From: Actinomycetes bacterium
GTDB taxonomy: Bacteria > Actinomycetota > Thermoleophilia > RBG-16-64-13
NCBI GenBank assembly: GCA_021802965.1
Contig: JAJZQZ010000001.1
Location: 1-55,035, forward strand
DNA length: 55,035 nt
Reading direction: 5' to 3'
Part shown: positions 35,822-44,275 of the stretch, in pieces
Layout: each line of letters starts with the position of its first letter
Numbering within the stretch: position 1 is the stretch's first letter
Translations under genes and position numbers: made by a program
Notes under the pieces: generated by a model
Told to the model about the DNA's origin: nothing
What the model saw: only the letters and a program-made list of their open reading frames with translations
The model's database searches: none

Positions 35822-37372
35822 ATGCGTAGGCAGCGATCGGCCGGCGGTTTCACCCTCATCGAGGTCATGGTCGCGGTCCTCCTTCTTCTCGTGGCGATGG
35901 CAGGCTTCGTGCCGTTCTTCCTGCAGGGTCTCGGTCAGGCCTCTTCCACCCGCTACCGCAGCACGGCGACCAACATCGCCCGGCAGCGCATGGAGGAGAT
36001 CCGCCAGCTCGACTACCGGGAGATACCGGTGGGTGATCCTGCGCGCAACTGGTACAGCGACGCCCTGGCGACCAAGTTCGGGGTCGCCGATTCAGTGCGG
36101 GGCGCGGACTTCACGACCAGCTACGCGGTCGAAGACGTCGCCTATGGCTCAGGCAACCTCAAGAAGGTCACCGTGACGGTCACGTGGGCTGCTCCCCCGG
36201 CTCCGTCCCCCGCCATCGTGACCAGCCTCATCCACCAGCAATACTTGGGACCGCGCGGTCGCCTGCTGACGGTCGCTCCCGTCGCGGCCGACGACTTGGG
36301 CACTCCGTTCCCGCAGGTGCAGCGCACGCTCGACCAGGTGACCGTGAAATATCACATCGCGGAGGCCGACTGGGGGCTCGTCTACCCCGATCCGCAGGAT
36401 CCCGCTTCAGTGGCCTTCAACGTCTACATGCGTCTGACCCTGGTCGACGACCATGGCGCGGCGATCACCGTGGGTGATCCGGCCACGGACTATAAGATCT
36501 TGAATACCGCCCTGCAAAAGACCTGGGACACCAACGGCACGCTCACCGATGTGTACTTCGAATTCCCGTTCGATCGCCTACTGATCCCCGATGGCTACTG
36601 GGAGATGCAGGCGGTGGCGTACAACGAGTACGATGAGCCGGGCAACGTATGGCGTATGCGGCTGAGGTTCGAGGAAGGCGCCCCTAACCCGCCCACCGAC
36701 TTCATCGCGATCCCCGGAGCCGACAACCAATCGGTCATGCTCAGCTGGGTGCCCGGGATCGAGCGCGACAGAGACCATTACGTCCTGCAGCGGCAGCGCC
36801 TGAACCTGAATCCAGACCTCACTCTGAGCTACGGCCCTTGGGAGGATGTGAACACCAACCTCAGCCCCGACTCAGTCGTGTTCACCGACGTAGGCAGTGT
36901 CGCCGGCGCCAAGGACCCCTGGGGCTCCGACACAGGCAGCATCAAGATAACGAACTACTATCAGTACCAGATCTGGGCGGTCGACTTCGCTTCGACTCCC
37001 AACTCAGGCCCGCCCGCCACCGTCGGGGCCCAGCTTCCTGGCCCCACGACCACGACCACAATCGCTACGGGAGCGACGACGACCCTGGCTCCGACGACGA
37101 CCCTGGCTCCGACGACGACCCTGGGACCGACCACGACGATCTTGTCCACGGTGCAGATCGTCAACAAGACGAGCTTGGACTACTCGATCACGGTGCGCGA
37201 CTCGAAGAACCACACGGTCTTCACGGGCACTGCAGCTGGTCTTAGCACTCTCTCCATCCCCAGCCTGCCGGCCGACTCGTACTCTGTGGACGCGCGCAGC
37301 GGAAGCGCGCATCTATCCACCAGCTTCCAGGTGCCTCGGGACAACGGTCTCACCGTTCTGGAGATCCTGTAG
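35822..37372 (+). CDS. large modular PilV-like minor pilin (module B)
   Basis: ATG 35822, preceded by GAGGAAGGA (alternative ATG 35804), within ORF 35756..37372. Leader MRRQRSAGG/FTLIEVMVAVLLLLVAMAG and a PilV-like core ending KKVTVTVTW. An FN3-like segment follows (PNPPTDFIAIPGADNQSVMLSWVPG...YQYQIWAVD), then a Thr-rich linker and a roughly 75-aa C-terminal domain. Confidence 0.75.
   Translation: MRRQRSAGGFTLIEVMVAVLLLLVAMAGFVPFFLQGLGQASSTRYRSTATNIARQRMEEIRQLDYREIPVGDPARNWYSDALATKFGVADSVRGADFTTSYAVEDVAYGSGNLKKVTVTVTWAAPPAPSPAIVTSLIHQQYLGPRGRLLTVAPVAADDLGTPFPQVQRTLDQVTVKYHIAEADWGLVYPDPQDPASVAFNVYMRLTLVDDHGAAITVGDPATDYKILNTALQKTWDTNGTLTDVYFEFPFDRLLIPDGYWEMQAVAYNEYDEPGNVWRMRLRFEEGAPNPPTDFIAIPGADNQSVMLSWVPGIERDRDHYVLQRQRLNLNPDLTLSYGPWEDVNTNLSPDSVVFTDVGSVAGAKDPWGSDTGSIKITNYYQYQIWAVDFASTPNSGPPATVGAQLPGPTTTTTIATGATTTLAPTTTLAPTTTLGPTTTILSTVQIVNKTSLDYSITVRDSKNHTVFTGTAAGLSTLSIPSLPADSYSVDARSGSAHLSTSFQVPRDNGLTVLEIL
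37075..37128 (+). repeat. 3 x 18-nt tandem repeat (GACGACGACCCTGGCTCC) encoding TTTLAP repeats
   Basis: Two perfect copies and a third with 2 mismatches, inside the Thr-rich linker TTTTTIATGATTTLAPTTTLAPTTTLGPTTT. Confidence 0.9.
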
Positions 37373-37389
37373 ATGGAGGAGACGTCGGA

Positions 37390-38136
37390 GTGAGGCGCTT
37401 GCTCGCGGGTTCGATCGATTGGAGTCGCCGACGGCTGTGCGCCGGGTCGGCCGAAGGACAGTCCGGCTTCAGTCTGGTCGAGTTGCTGGTGGCCATGGTC
37501 GTGCTCATCGTGGTGATGGGCGCGACCTTCGGCATCTGGCTCGGCCTCGAGAATGTCTACACCTTCACGAACGACGACATGGTGGCCCAGGAGCAGGCTC
37601 GGACCGCCATGGGCGAGATGGTGGAGCTCATCCGCACGGCTCGGAGACCGGCGACTGTTCCCGACGAGGCTCTGAACGCCGTCATGCCGGTCGCCGGCCG
37701 CACCGAGCTCACTGTCTGGAGCGATGTGGACCGTGCGCCCGATCACGGGCTCGAGCTGATCCGCTTCCGGGCCGATCACCCGGCCGGCGCCCCTAATGAA
37801 CAAGTGCTCTATCGTGACCAAGCGACGGTCGGGGCGAGCAGTCGCTCCTGGACGTCGGAGCGCCTGGTCACGCCAAACGTCAGCAACTGGTTCGACCCTG
37901 CCAGACCCAGCGACGAGACCGGCTGGCTCTTCTCCTATTACAACGGAGCGGGAGAACGCCTGCTCTTCGACGACGAGATCCTTGGCTATACCGGGACCAT
38001 CGAGCACGTGATCCCCGATCCCAACTCGATCCGGGAGGTGCGGATCAATCTGTTGGTGGACCTCTATAAGGACCGGGCCCCCATCACCCATCAGCTCACC
38101 TCAGTCGTCCAGCCACGGAATCTCCGGCAGTACTGA
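37390..38136 (+). CDS. PilW-like minor pilin (module B)
   Basis: ORF of 248 aa. GTG start preceded by GGAGGAG. Signal ...AEGQSG/FSLVELLVAMVVLIVVMG. Confidence 0.7.
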   Translation: MRRLLAGSIDWSRRRLCAGSAEGQSGFSLVELLVAMVVLIVVMGATFGIWLGLENVYTFTNDDMVAQEQARTAMGEMVELIRTARRPATVPDEALNAVMPVAGRTELTVWSDVDRAPDHGLELIRFRADHPAGAPNEQVLYRDQATVGASSRSWTSERLVTPNVSNWFDPARPSDETGWLFSYYNGAGERLLFDDEILGYTGTIEHVIPDPNSIREVRINLLVDLYKDRAPITHQLTSVVQPRNLRQY

Positions 38137-38146
38137 TACTCGGGAG

Positions 38147-39400
38147 ATGAACATGCACAGTTGCGATTCGCAGACGGACACACGGCCGGGCAGGGTGCGT
38201 CTCACCACGAGCGACGGCTCGGCGGTCATCATCGCGATGATGTTCATCCTCGTGATGCTGGGGTTGGGAGTCGCCCTCTTCACACTCATCAAGTTCTCGA
38301 TCAACGGAACCGAACTCGAGCGCAAGGAGGTGAAGGCGTTCAACGTGGCGGAGGCCGGGATCGACGCCGGCATGCTCGCCCTGAAGCTCGAGTGGCCGGA
38401 CCAGATCGCCACTACGGTCGACGCAGTCGCTCTGAGAAACCACTTCGACGCCAACGTGTTCAGGGATCCTTCGCGCAGCTCTCCCAGCGAGTTCATCCAG
38501 GTCGCGCTCTACGACAACAACGGTACGACCGACTACAGCGACGCAAATCCGGCCGTCGACCTAGACAGCGAGAGTGCATCCGGACCTGGGGACCCCCGGG
38601 GGGATGACATGATGTGGGTGGATAGCCGGGCCAACGTCGACGACGACCGCCACCGGATCCTCGTCCTCGCGAAGCGGGAGCGCTGGAACCTCAATCTGCC
38701 GAACAAGGCCCTGTTCGCATCGACACTGATGGCGAATCCGAACGTCCGGGTCGCCGTGGACAGCGCTTCCACCCCGCCTTCCCAGACCGACCTCGCCGTG
38801 TACTCCGCGCCCGACCCGCGGGATGTGGAGTTACTCGACGGCGTGACGCAATATGCCGGGGCCCCCGATTGGTCGCAGTGGATAACCTCGGGAACCACGG
38901 GCAAGCTTCAAAGCGTGGCCAAGGCTTCAGGCACGTACTTCGACGACGATCCAGGTACCCCCTATCCGAGCATCGCGGAAGGGGTCGACCTGCTCGTGAA
39001 CGGAGACCCGAGCGGCAAGATCATCTACCTGAAGTCGAGCACTGCGATCGAGATCGCGGGCAACACCCAGATCGCGACACGCGAGCACCCTGTGGTGCTG
39101 GTCATGGATACGCCGTCGACCGTCACGAACGCCCTCGACTTCAGGGGCACGGCCGACTTCTACGGCGTGGTGATCAGTCTCAGCAACCTCCAGGCGCGGG
39201 GGACTTCGTCGTTCTACGGCTCCGTGCTCTGCGCCGGCCAGTTCGACAACCGTGGGCGAGGCGTCAGCCCCGAGATCAACTACAACGGCGACATCATCGC
39301 CATGCTCAGCCGCAAGTTCACCATGAGCGTCTCGATCGTGCCCAACACGTGGCAAGAGTATACGGTACCCAACACCACCCTCGCCGTCGCGGGCGGGTAG
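38147..39400 (+). CDS. PilX-like minor pilin / putative tip protein (module B)
   Basis: ORF of 417 aa; ATG 38153 has the better spacing to GGGAG. PilX_N-like start DGSAVIIAMMFILVMLGLGVALF...AFNVAEAGIDAG. Large C-terminal part. Confidence 0.65.
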   Translation: MNMHSCDSQTDTRPGRVRLTTSDGSAVIIAMMFILVMLGLGVALFTLIKFSINGTELERKEVKAFNVAEAGIDAGMLALKLEWPDQIATTVDAVALRNHFDANVFRDPSRSSPSEFIQVALYDNNGTTDYSDANPAVDLDSESASGPGDPRGDDMMWVDSRANVDDDRHRILVLAKRERWNLNLPNKALFASTLMANPNVRVAVDSASTPPSQTDLAVYSAPDPRDVELLDGVTQYAGAPDWSQWITSGTTGKLQSVAKASGTYFDDDPGTPYPSIAEGVDLLVNGDPSGKIIYLKSSTAIEIAGNTQIATREHPVVLVMDTPSTVTNALDFRGTADFYGVVISLSNLQARGTSSFYGSVLCAGQFDNRGRGVSPEINYNGDIIAMLSRKFTMSVSIVPNTWQEYTVPNTTLAVAGG

Positions 39401-39412
39401 ACGGGCAGAGAC

Positions 39413-39449
39413 GGGTAGCCGTCGGCCGACCGGCGGCGCACGCCTACCC
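39413..39449. terminator. imperfect hairpin between the convergent pilX-like gene and dut
   Basis: Outer arms GGGTAG...CTACCC, inner arms CCGTCGG/CCGGCGG, and an asymmetric internal loop. No U-tract. Confidence 0.25.
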
Positions 39450-39881
39450 CTGGCGATCACCGGTGCTGCCGAAACCGCCCGCTCCGCGGGCGGTTTCTTC
39501 GAGGGTGACCACCGCGTCGAAGGCGGGAGTCTCGACTGCCTGGATCACCAACTGTGCTATGCGGTCCCCGGGCGCTACGGTGAACGGCGCCTCTCCCCCG
39601 TTGTGCAGGCAGACCCGCACCTCGCCTCGGTAGCCCGCGTCGATCAGGCCGGGCGCGTTCACGACGGATATGCCGTGGCGGAACGCCAACCCGGAGCGGG
39701 GCTGCACGAAGCCCGCATGTCCCGAAGGGATGGCCAGGGCGAGGCCGGTGCCCACGTCGCGGCGCTCGCCCGGGGGGATCACCACCGCCTCCACGGAATG
39801 CAGGTCGGCTCCGCCGTCACCCTCGTGCGCCCGCCAGGGAAGCCGGGCCGCCGGGTGCAGGAATTGGACCTGGATCTTCAC
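39444..39881 (-). CDS. dut: dUTP diphosphatase
   Basis: ORF of 145 aa. Motifs GDGGADL, VNAPGLIDAGYRGE and RGAGGFGSTG. Confidence 0.95.
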   Translation of the reverse strand: MKIQVQFLHPAARLPWRAHEGDGGADLHSVEAVVIPPGERRDVGTGLALAIPSGHAGFVQPRSGLAFRHGISVVNAPGLIDAGYRGEVRVCLHNGGEAPFTVAPGDRIAQLVIQAVETPAFDAVVTLEETARGAGGFGSTGDRQG

Positions 39882-39897
39882 GTATGGCGCGCCCTTC

Positions 39898-41064
39898 CTA
39901 GGATAGGGTCAACGACCGGCGGATGCGCTCCACGGCCTCTTCGATCCGATCGTCGGGAGTGGTGAGCGAGATCCGCACGAAGCCCTCTCCCGCCTGCCCA
40001 TAGCCGGTACCCGGGGTGACCACCACGCCCGCCTGGTCGAGCACATGCTCGGCGAAGCCCGCGGAGGTGTACCCGGCAGGCACCGGGATCCACAGGTAGA
40101 TCGTGGCCTTGGGCGGCATGGCATCCACACCGATGGACCTGAGGGCTTCGATCAGCACGTCCCGCCGCCGCTGGTAGAGCGCGTTCATCTCGTGCACCGA
40201 GTCCCAGGGCCCGTCGAGGATGTAGGCGGCGGTCCGCTGCACCGCTTCGAAGACACCGGAGTCCAGATTGCTCTTCAGGCGCCAGAGTGGCTCGAGGATC
40301 TGACGGTTGCCCACCGCGAAGCCGACCCGCCACCCCGTCATGTTGAAAGGCTTGGAGAAGCTCCAGAACTCGACTCCGACGTCCTTCGCTCCCGGGGTCG
40401 CCAGGAAGCTGGGCGCCGAGTACCCGTCGAAACCCAGCTCGGAGTAGGCGTTGTCATGCACGACGGCGATGTCCCACTTGGTCGCGAACTCGACCACCCG
40501 CTCGAAGAAACCCTCCTGGACGATGGCCGAGGTCGGGTTGTTGGGGTAGCCGATGAAGAGGACCTTGGCCCGCCGGGCGTCGGCCGCGCTGACGGCGTCG
40601 AGGTCAGGAAGGAAGTGGTTCTCGGCCCTCAGCGGGAGATACCGGGGCTCGGCGCCCGCCAGCAACGTACATCCCGAGTACACGGGATAGCCGGGATCGG
40701 GCACCAGGGCGAGATCGCCGGGGTCGAGGGTCGACCAGCACAGGTGAGCCAAGCCCTCCTTCCCACCCAGGACCGCCAGGAACTCCTCTTCGGGGTCTAT
40801 CTCGACTCCGAATCTGCGCTGATAGAAGCGGGCCGCGGCCTGAGCGAACTCCTGGAGGCCGGCCGTGGTGGGATAGCGATGGTTGCGCGGGTCGGCGACC
40901 TGCCGCTGCATCTCCTCGACGATGTAGGCCGGGGTGGGCAGGTCGGGGTCGCCGATGCCCAAGCTGATCACGTCGACCCCCGCGGCGCGCTTCTGGGCTA
41001 TCTTGCGCTCGATCTCGGCGAAGAGATACGGGGGGAGTGTGTCCATGCGCTTGGAGAATCGCAC
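39898..41064 (-). CDS. dapL: LL-diaminopimelate aminotransferase (class I/II aminotransferase)
   Basis: ORF of 388 aa. N-terminus LPPYLFAEIERKIAQKRAAGVDVISLGIGDPDLPTP and a SFSKPFNMTGWR lysine motif. Adjacent to dapF. Confidence 0.82.
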   Translation of the reverse strand: MRFSKRMDTLPPYLFAEIERKIAQKRAAGVDVISLGIGDPDLPTPAYIVEEMQRQVADPRNHRYPTTAGLQEFAQAAARFYQRRFGVEIDPEEEFLAVLGGKEGLAHLCWSTLDPGDLALVPDPGYPVYSGCTLLAGAEPRYLPLRAENHFLPDLDAVSAADARRAKVLFIGYPNNPTSAIVQEGFFERVVEFATKWDIAVVHDNAYSELGFDGYSAPSFLATPGAKDVGVEFWSFSKPFNMTGWRVGFAVGNRQILEPLWRLKSNLDSGVFEAVQRTAAYILDGPWDSVHEMNALYQRRRDVLIEALRSIGVDAMPPKATIYLWIPVPAGYTSAGFAEHVLDQAGVVVTPGTGYGQAGEGFVRISLTTPDDRIEEAVERIRRSLTLS

Positions 41065-41079
41065 TGTGCCTCCTCGTTC

Positions 41080-41949
41080 CTAACGCCAGCCAAGGCGGGT
41101 CTCGAGGTCGCTGCTGAGCTCCCCCGTGAATATCTCTTCGGCGGGCCCCGTCATGACCACCTGACGATCGGGAGAGACCTCTATCTCCAGGTCGCCTCCG
41201 ACCAGGTGCACGAGCACCGGGCTGGTGGCCGCGCCCAGACGGACGGAGGCGGCTCCCACAGCGGTCGCCCCGGTACCGCAGGCCTGGGTCTCGCCCGTCC
41301 CCCGCTCCCAGACCCGCATGGTGACCGACCCGTCGGGCTCGCGCTGCACGAACTCGACGTTCACCCGATTGGGGAACAGAGGCAGGTGCTCGATGACCGG
41401 CCCCACCGACTCGAGGGGCAGGTCGTGGACGTCATCGACCATGATCACGCAGTGGGGATTGCCCACGTCGACGAAGGTGAACGTGTAGCGAACGCCCGCC
41501 GCCTCCAACTCCTGCTGCACCACCTCGTCGAGTGGAGTGTGATCGGGCAAAGAGATGTTGGGGCTGACAAAGCGCGCCGTCCCCATGTGGACGCGCACGC
41601 GGCCGTCGTCGAGCAACCGGGGGACTATGGGGCCCGCGAGGGTCTCGACCACGAATTCGTCGGCCTGGACCGCCGAGATCTGCCGGAGGTAGCGCGCGAA
41701 CATGCGGATGCCGTTGCCGCACATCTCCACTTCACCGCCATCCGGATTGAACACACGCATGCGCGCCAGTGCGCCGGCCACCGCGCCCGACGGAGCTTCG
41801 TGCAAAAGGATGCCGTCACCGCCCACCCCTCTGTGCCGGTCGCAGAGCAGCTGCACCGCAGGGGCGGCGAGAGTCCGCGGGAGATCGGACGCAGCGACGA
41901 TGAGGTAGTCATTCCCCAGCCCGTGCCACTTAGCGAACCGCATCGTCAC
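41080..41949 (-). CDS. dapF: diaminopimelate epimerase
   Basis: ORF of 289 aa. Motifs KWHGLGNDYLIV, CGNG and ACGTGA. Confidence 0.93.
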   Translation of the reverse strand: MTMRFAKWHGLGNDYLIVAASDLPRTLAAPAVQLLCDRHRGVGGDGILLHEAPSGAVAGALARMRVFNPDGGEVEMCGNGIRMFARYLRQISAVQADEFVVETLAGPIVPRLLDDGRVRVHMGTARFVSPNISLPDHTPLDEVVQQELEAAGVRYTFTFVDVGNPHCVIMVDDVHDLPLESVGPVIEHLPLFPNRVNVEFVQREPDGSVTMRVWERGTGETQACGTGATAVGAASVRLGAATSPVLVHLVGGDLEIEVSPDRQVVMTGPAEEIFTGELSSDLETRLGWR

Positions 41950-42916
41950 TCCGTTCCTGGTCGAAGCCGGCCTTCATCCCGACGGCCAGGTCGACGACAG
42001 CGCGTGCAAGGTCGTCCGGCTCACGCCCGGTGGCGTCCATGATAACAGCGTCCTCCAGGCGGCGCATCCACGTCAGCTGGCGCTTGGCATAACGGCGGGT
42101 GGCCTGCGCTATCCGGTCGATCGTCTGCTGTTCGGTGGCCTCTCCGTCGAGCAGGGCGACTATCTCCTGGTAGCCGATGGCCTTCGCCGCCCCTTTCCCG
42201 GGCTGCAACACCATCCGGTTGTGGCGCACCTCCTCGACCGCTCCCCGCTGGACCATCTCACGGGCCCGGCGGTCGATGCGTTCCCATAGTTCGTGGCGGT
42301 CCATGGTCAGCCCGACGAGCAGCGTGGGGTGCCGGTAGCGCGGCTTCCACAGTTCATCCCGCTCCGAGAACGCACCCCCCGGCTCCCCCATGCTGATCTC
42401 GAGAGCGCGTACGACACGACGGGCATTGCGGGGATGGATGCGGGCGGCGGCCGTCGGGTCGCGCTCGGCGAGCTCAGAGTGCAGCCGTTCCGGCCCCTCC
42501 AGGCGGAGCCGTTCTTCGAGGGAGGCCCGCAGCGCCGCGTCGGCGGGCGGGGCCATGGCCAACGGAGCCAATGCGGCCCGCAGGTACAGGCCCGTGCCGC
42601 CGGAGATGAAAGCCCAGCCCGTGGTCGCCAAGTCCTGCTCGATGAGAGGGACAGCTCGAGAGGCGTACACGGCGGCCGTCCACTCCTCCTCGGGTCCCGC
42701 GACCCCCACCAGAGCCTCCGCGTGCCGCCCGTCCACGGCTTGGGGCTGATTGGTCAGGATCGGCAGGCCGCGATAGACCTGCAACGAGTCGCACGAGATG
42801 ACACGCACCCCGAGCGTCTCAGCGACGCGCGCGCCCACCGCCGTCTTGCCGACTCCCGTCGGTCCGAACAAAGCCACCACGACGGGCAGGCCGGGGGCGG
42901 ACTCGGGGCCCCCCAT
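41930..42916 (-). CDS. miaA: tRNA dimethylallyltransferase
   Basis: ORF of 328 aa. P-loop GPTGVGKT and the DSLQVYRGL motif. Confidence 0.93.
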   Translation of the reverse strand: MGGPESAPGLPVVVALFGPTGVGKTAVGARVAETLGVRVISCDSLQVYRGLPILTNQPQAVDGRHAEALVGVAGPEEEWTAAVYASRAVPLIEQDLATTGWAFISGGTGLYLRAALAPLAMAPPADAALRASLEERLRLEGPERLHSELAERDPTAAARIHPRNARRVVRALEISMGEPGGAFSERDELWKPRYRHPTLLVGLTMDRHELWERIDRRAREMVQRGAVEEVRHNRMVLQPGKGAAKAIGYQEIVALLDGEATEQQTIDRIAQATRRYAKRQLTWMRRLEDAVIMDATGREPDDLARAVVDLAVGMKAGFDQERSDDAVR

Positions 42917-44268
42917 CAGCGCTCGGTGACCAGCGCCGCCCTGCGCCCGCGAAGGCTCGTGGAGGTGGCCTCGTCGATGACGACCTCGACCAGATCGCCG
43001 GGGTGCGGCTCTCCGGGGAAGTTCACGGTCTTAAACGTTCTCGTCCGGCCCATGGCCACTTCCCCGCTCTGCCGGCTCCGCCCCTCGACCATCACCTCGA
43101 CACGCGTACCCACCAGCTCCTGGTTCCGCCGAGCGGCGTGGGTCTGGATCCGCTCGACCAGCCGCCCCATGCGTTCCTCGGCCACCTGAGGTGCGGCCCG
43201 GCCGGGGAGCGCCGCGGCGGCCGTCTGACTGCGGGGGGAGTATACGAAGGTGAAGGCGGCGTCGAAGCCGACTTCGTCCATGAGGCTCAGCGTGTCGGCA
43301 AACTCGGCCTCGGTCTCTCCCGGAAAGGCGACGATCAGGTCGGTGGTCAGGGCGAGGCCGGGAACGGCCTCCCGCAGCCGACCCACGAGGCGCAGGTAAT
43401 CGTCCCGCTCATAGCCCCGGTTCATAGCCCGCAAGATGCGGTCGCTGCCGGATTGGACGGGCAGGTGTACGTGCTCGCACACCGGCTCGAGCTCGGCTAA
43501 GGCTTGGATGAGTCGCGAGGAGACGTCTTTGGGGTGGGACGTCATGAAGCGGATGCGCTCCACTCCGTCGATGCCGGCGAGCTCCTCCAGGAGGGCGGGG
43601 AAGTCACCGCCCGCTCCAGAGGCCCGCTCGTTTCCGTAGGCGTTCACGTTCTGGCCCAGGAGAGTGAGCTCCTTCACCCCCTGCTCCGCCAGCTCGGCGA
43701 CTTCGCGCCTGATGTCTCTCAGCGGCCGGCTCGCCTCGGGACCCCGAACGTAGGGGACGATGCAGTAGGAGCAGTAGTTGCTGCACCCGGTCATGATCTG
43801 CACCCAGGCGAGAGGCCCGTCGCGGCGCGCTCGGGGAAGCTCCGCGCTCCAGCGGCTGGTGCTCTCCTCGAAGGCCCCTGCCTGTCGTCCGCTCTCGATG
43901 CGCTCGTTCAGAAGAAGGGGCAGTTCATGCAGGCTCTGCGGACCCACGAGCACGTCCACGAACGGGAATTCGGCGAAGAACTCGGTTTGCCGGCTCTGAG
44001 CCAGGCAGCCGGCGACGACGACCAGACGCCGAGGGTCGAGCCTCTTCAGCCGTCGCGCCTCGCCCAGATGGCCCAGCAGACGGGTGTCGGCTTTCTCCCT
44101 GATGGAGCAGGTGTTGTACACGAGCATCCCGGCATCATCGGCACGCTCGACGCGCGCCAACCCGAGCTGCCCGAGAAGTCCGCAGATGCGTTCTGAGTCG
44201 TGCTCGTTCATCTGACACCCGAAGGTGCGCAGGAAGAACGTATCGGGGAGCTCTCCCGGCGACGGCAT
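42916..44268 (-). CDS. miaB: tRNA-i6A37 methylthiotransferase
   Basis: ORF of 450 aa. UPF0004 Cys triad, radical-SAM CSNYCSYC motif and a TRAM domain. Confidence 0.95.
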   Translation of the reverse strand: MPSPGELPDTFFLRTFGCQMNEHDSERICGLLGQLGLARVERADDAGMLVYNTCSIREKADTRLLGHLGEARRLKRLDPRRLVVVAGCLAQSRQTEFFAEFPFVDVLVGPQSLHELPLLLNERIESGRQAGAFEESTSRWSAELPRARRDGPLAWVQIMTGCSNYCSYCIVPYVRGPEASRPLRDIRREVAELAEQGVKELTLLGQNVNAYGNERASGAGGDFPALLEELAGIDGVERIRFMTSHPKDVSSRLIQALAELEPVCEHVHLPVQSGSDRILRAMNRGYERDDYLRLVGRLREAVPGLALTTDLIVAFPGETEAEFADTLSLMDEVGFDAAFTFVYSPRSQTAAAALPGRAAPQVAEERMGRLVERIQTHAARRNQELVGTRVEVMVEGRSRQSGEVAMGRTRTFKTVNFPGEPHPGDLVEVVIDEATSTSLRGRRAALVTER

Positions 44269-44275
44269 CAGCCGG

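Noticed and set aside
37075-37128. The tandem repeat as a possible CRISPR or non-coding satellite.
   Set aside because: - There are only three 18-nt units with no spacers, in frame inside a coding sequence (a Thr-rich linker).
- No CRISPR-like array exists anywhere in the window.
26781-39443. The pilin region as a tRNA-Arg-integrated genomic island.
   Set aside because: - I found no integrase, no recombinase and no direct repeat of the tRNA 3' half.
- The housekeeping gene rnz lies between the tRNA and the pilin genes.
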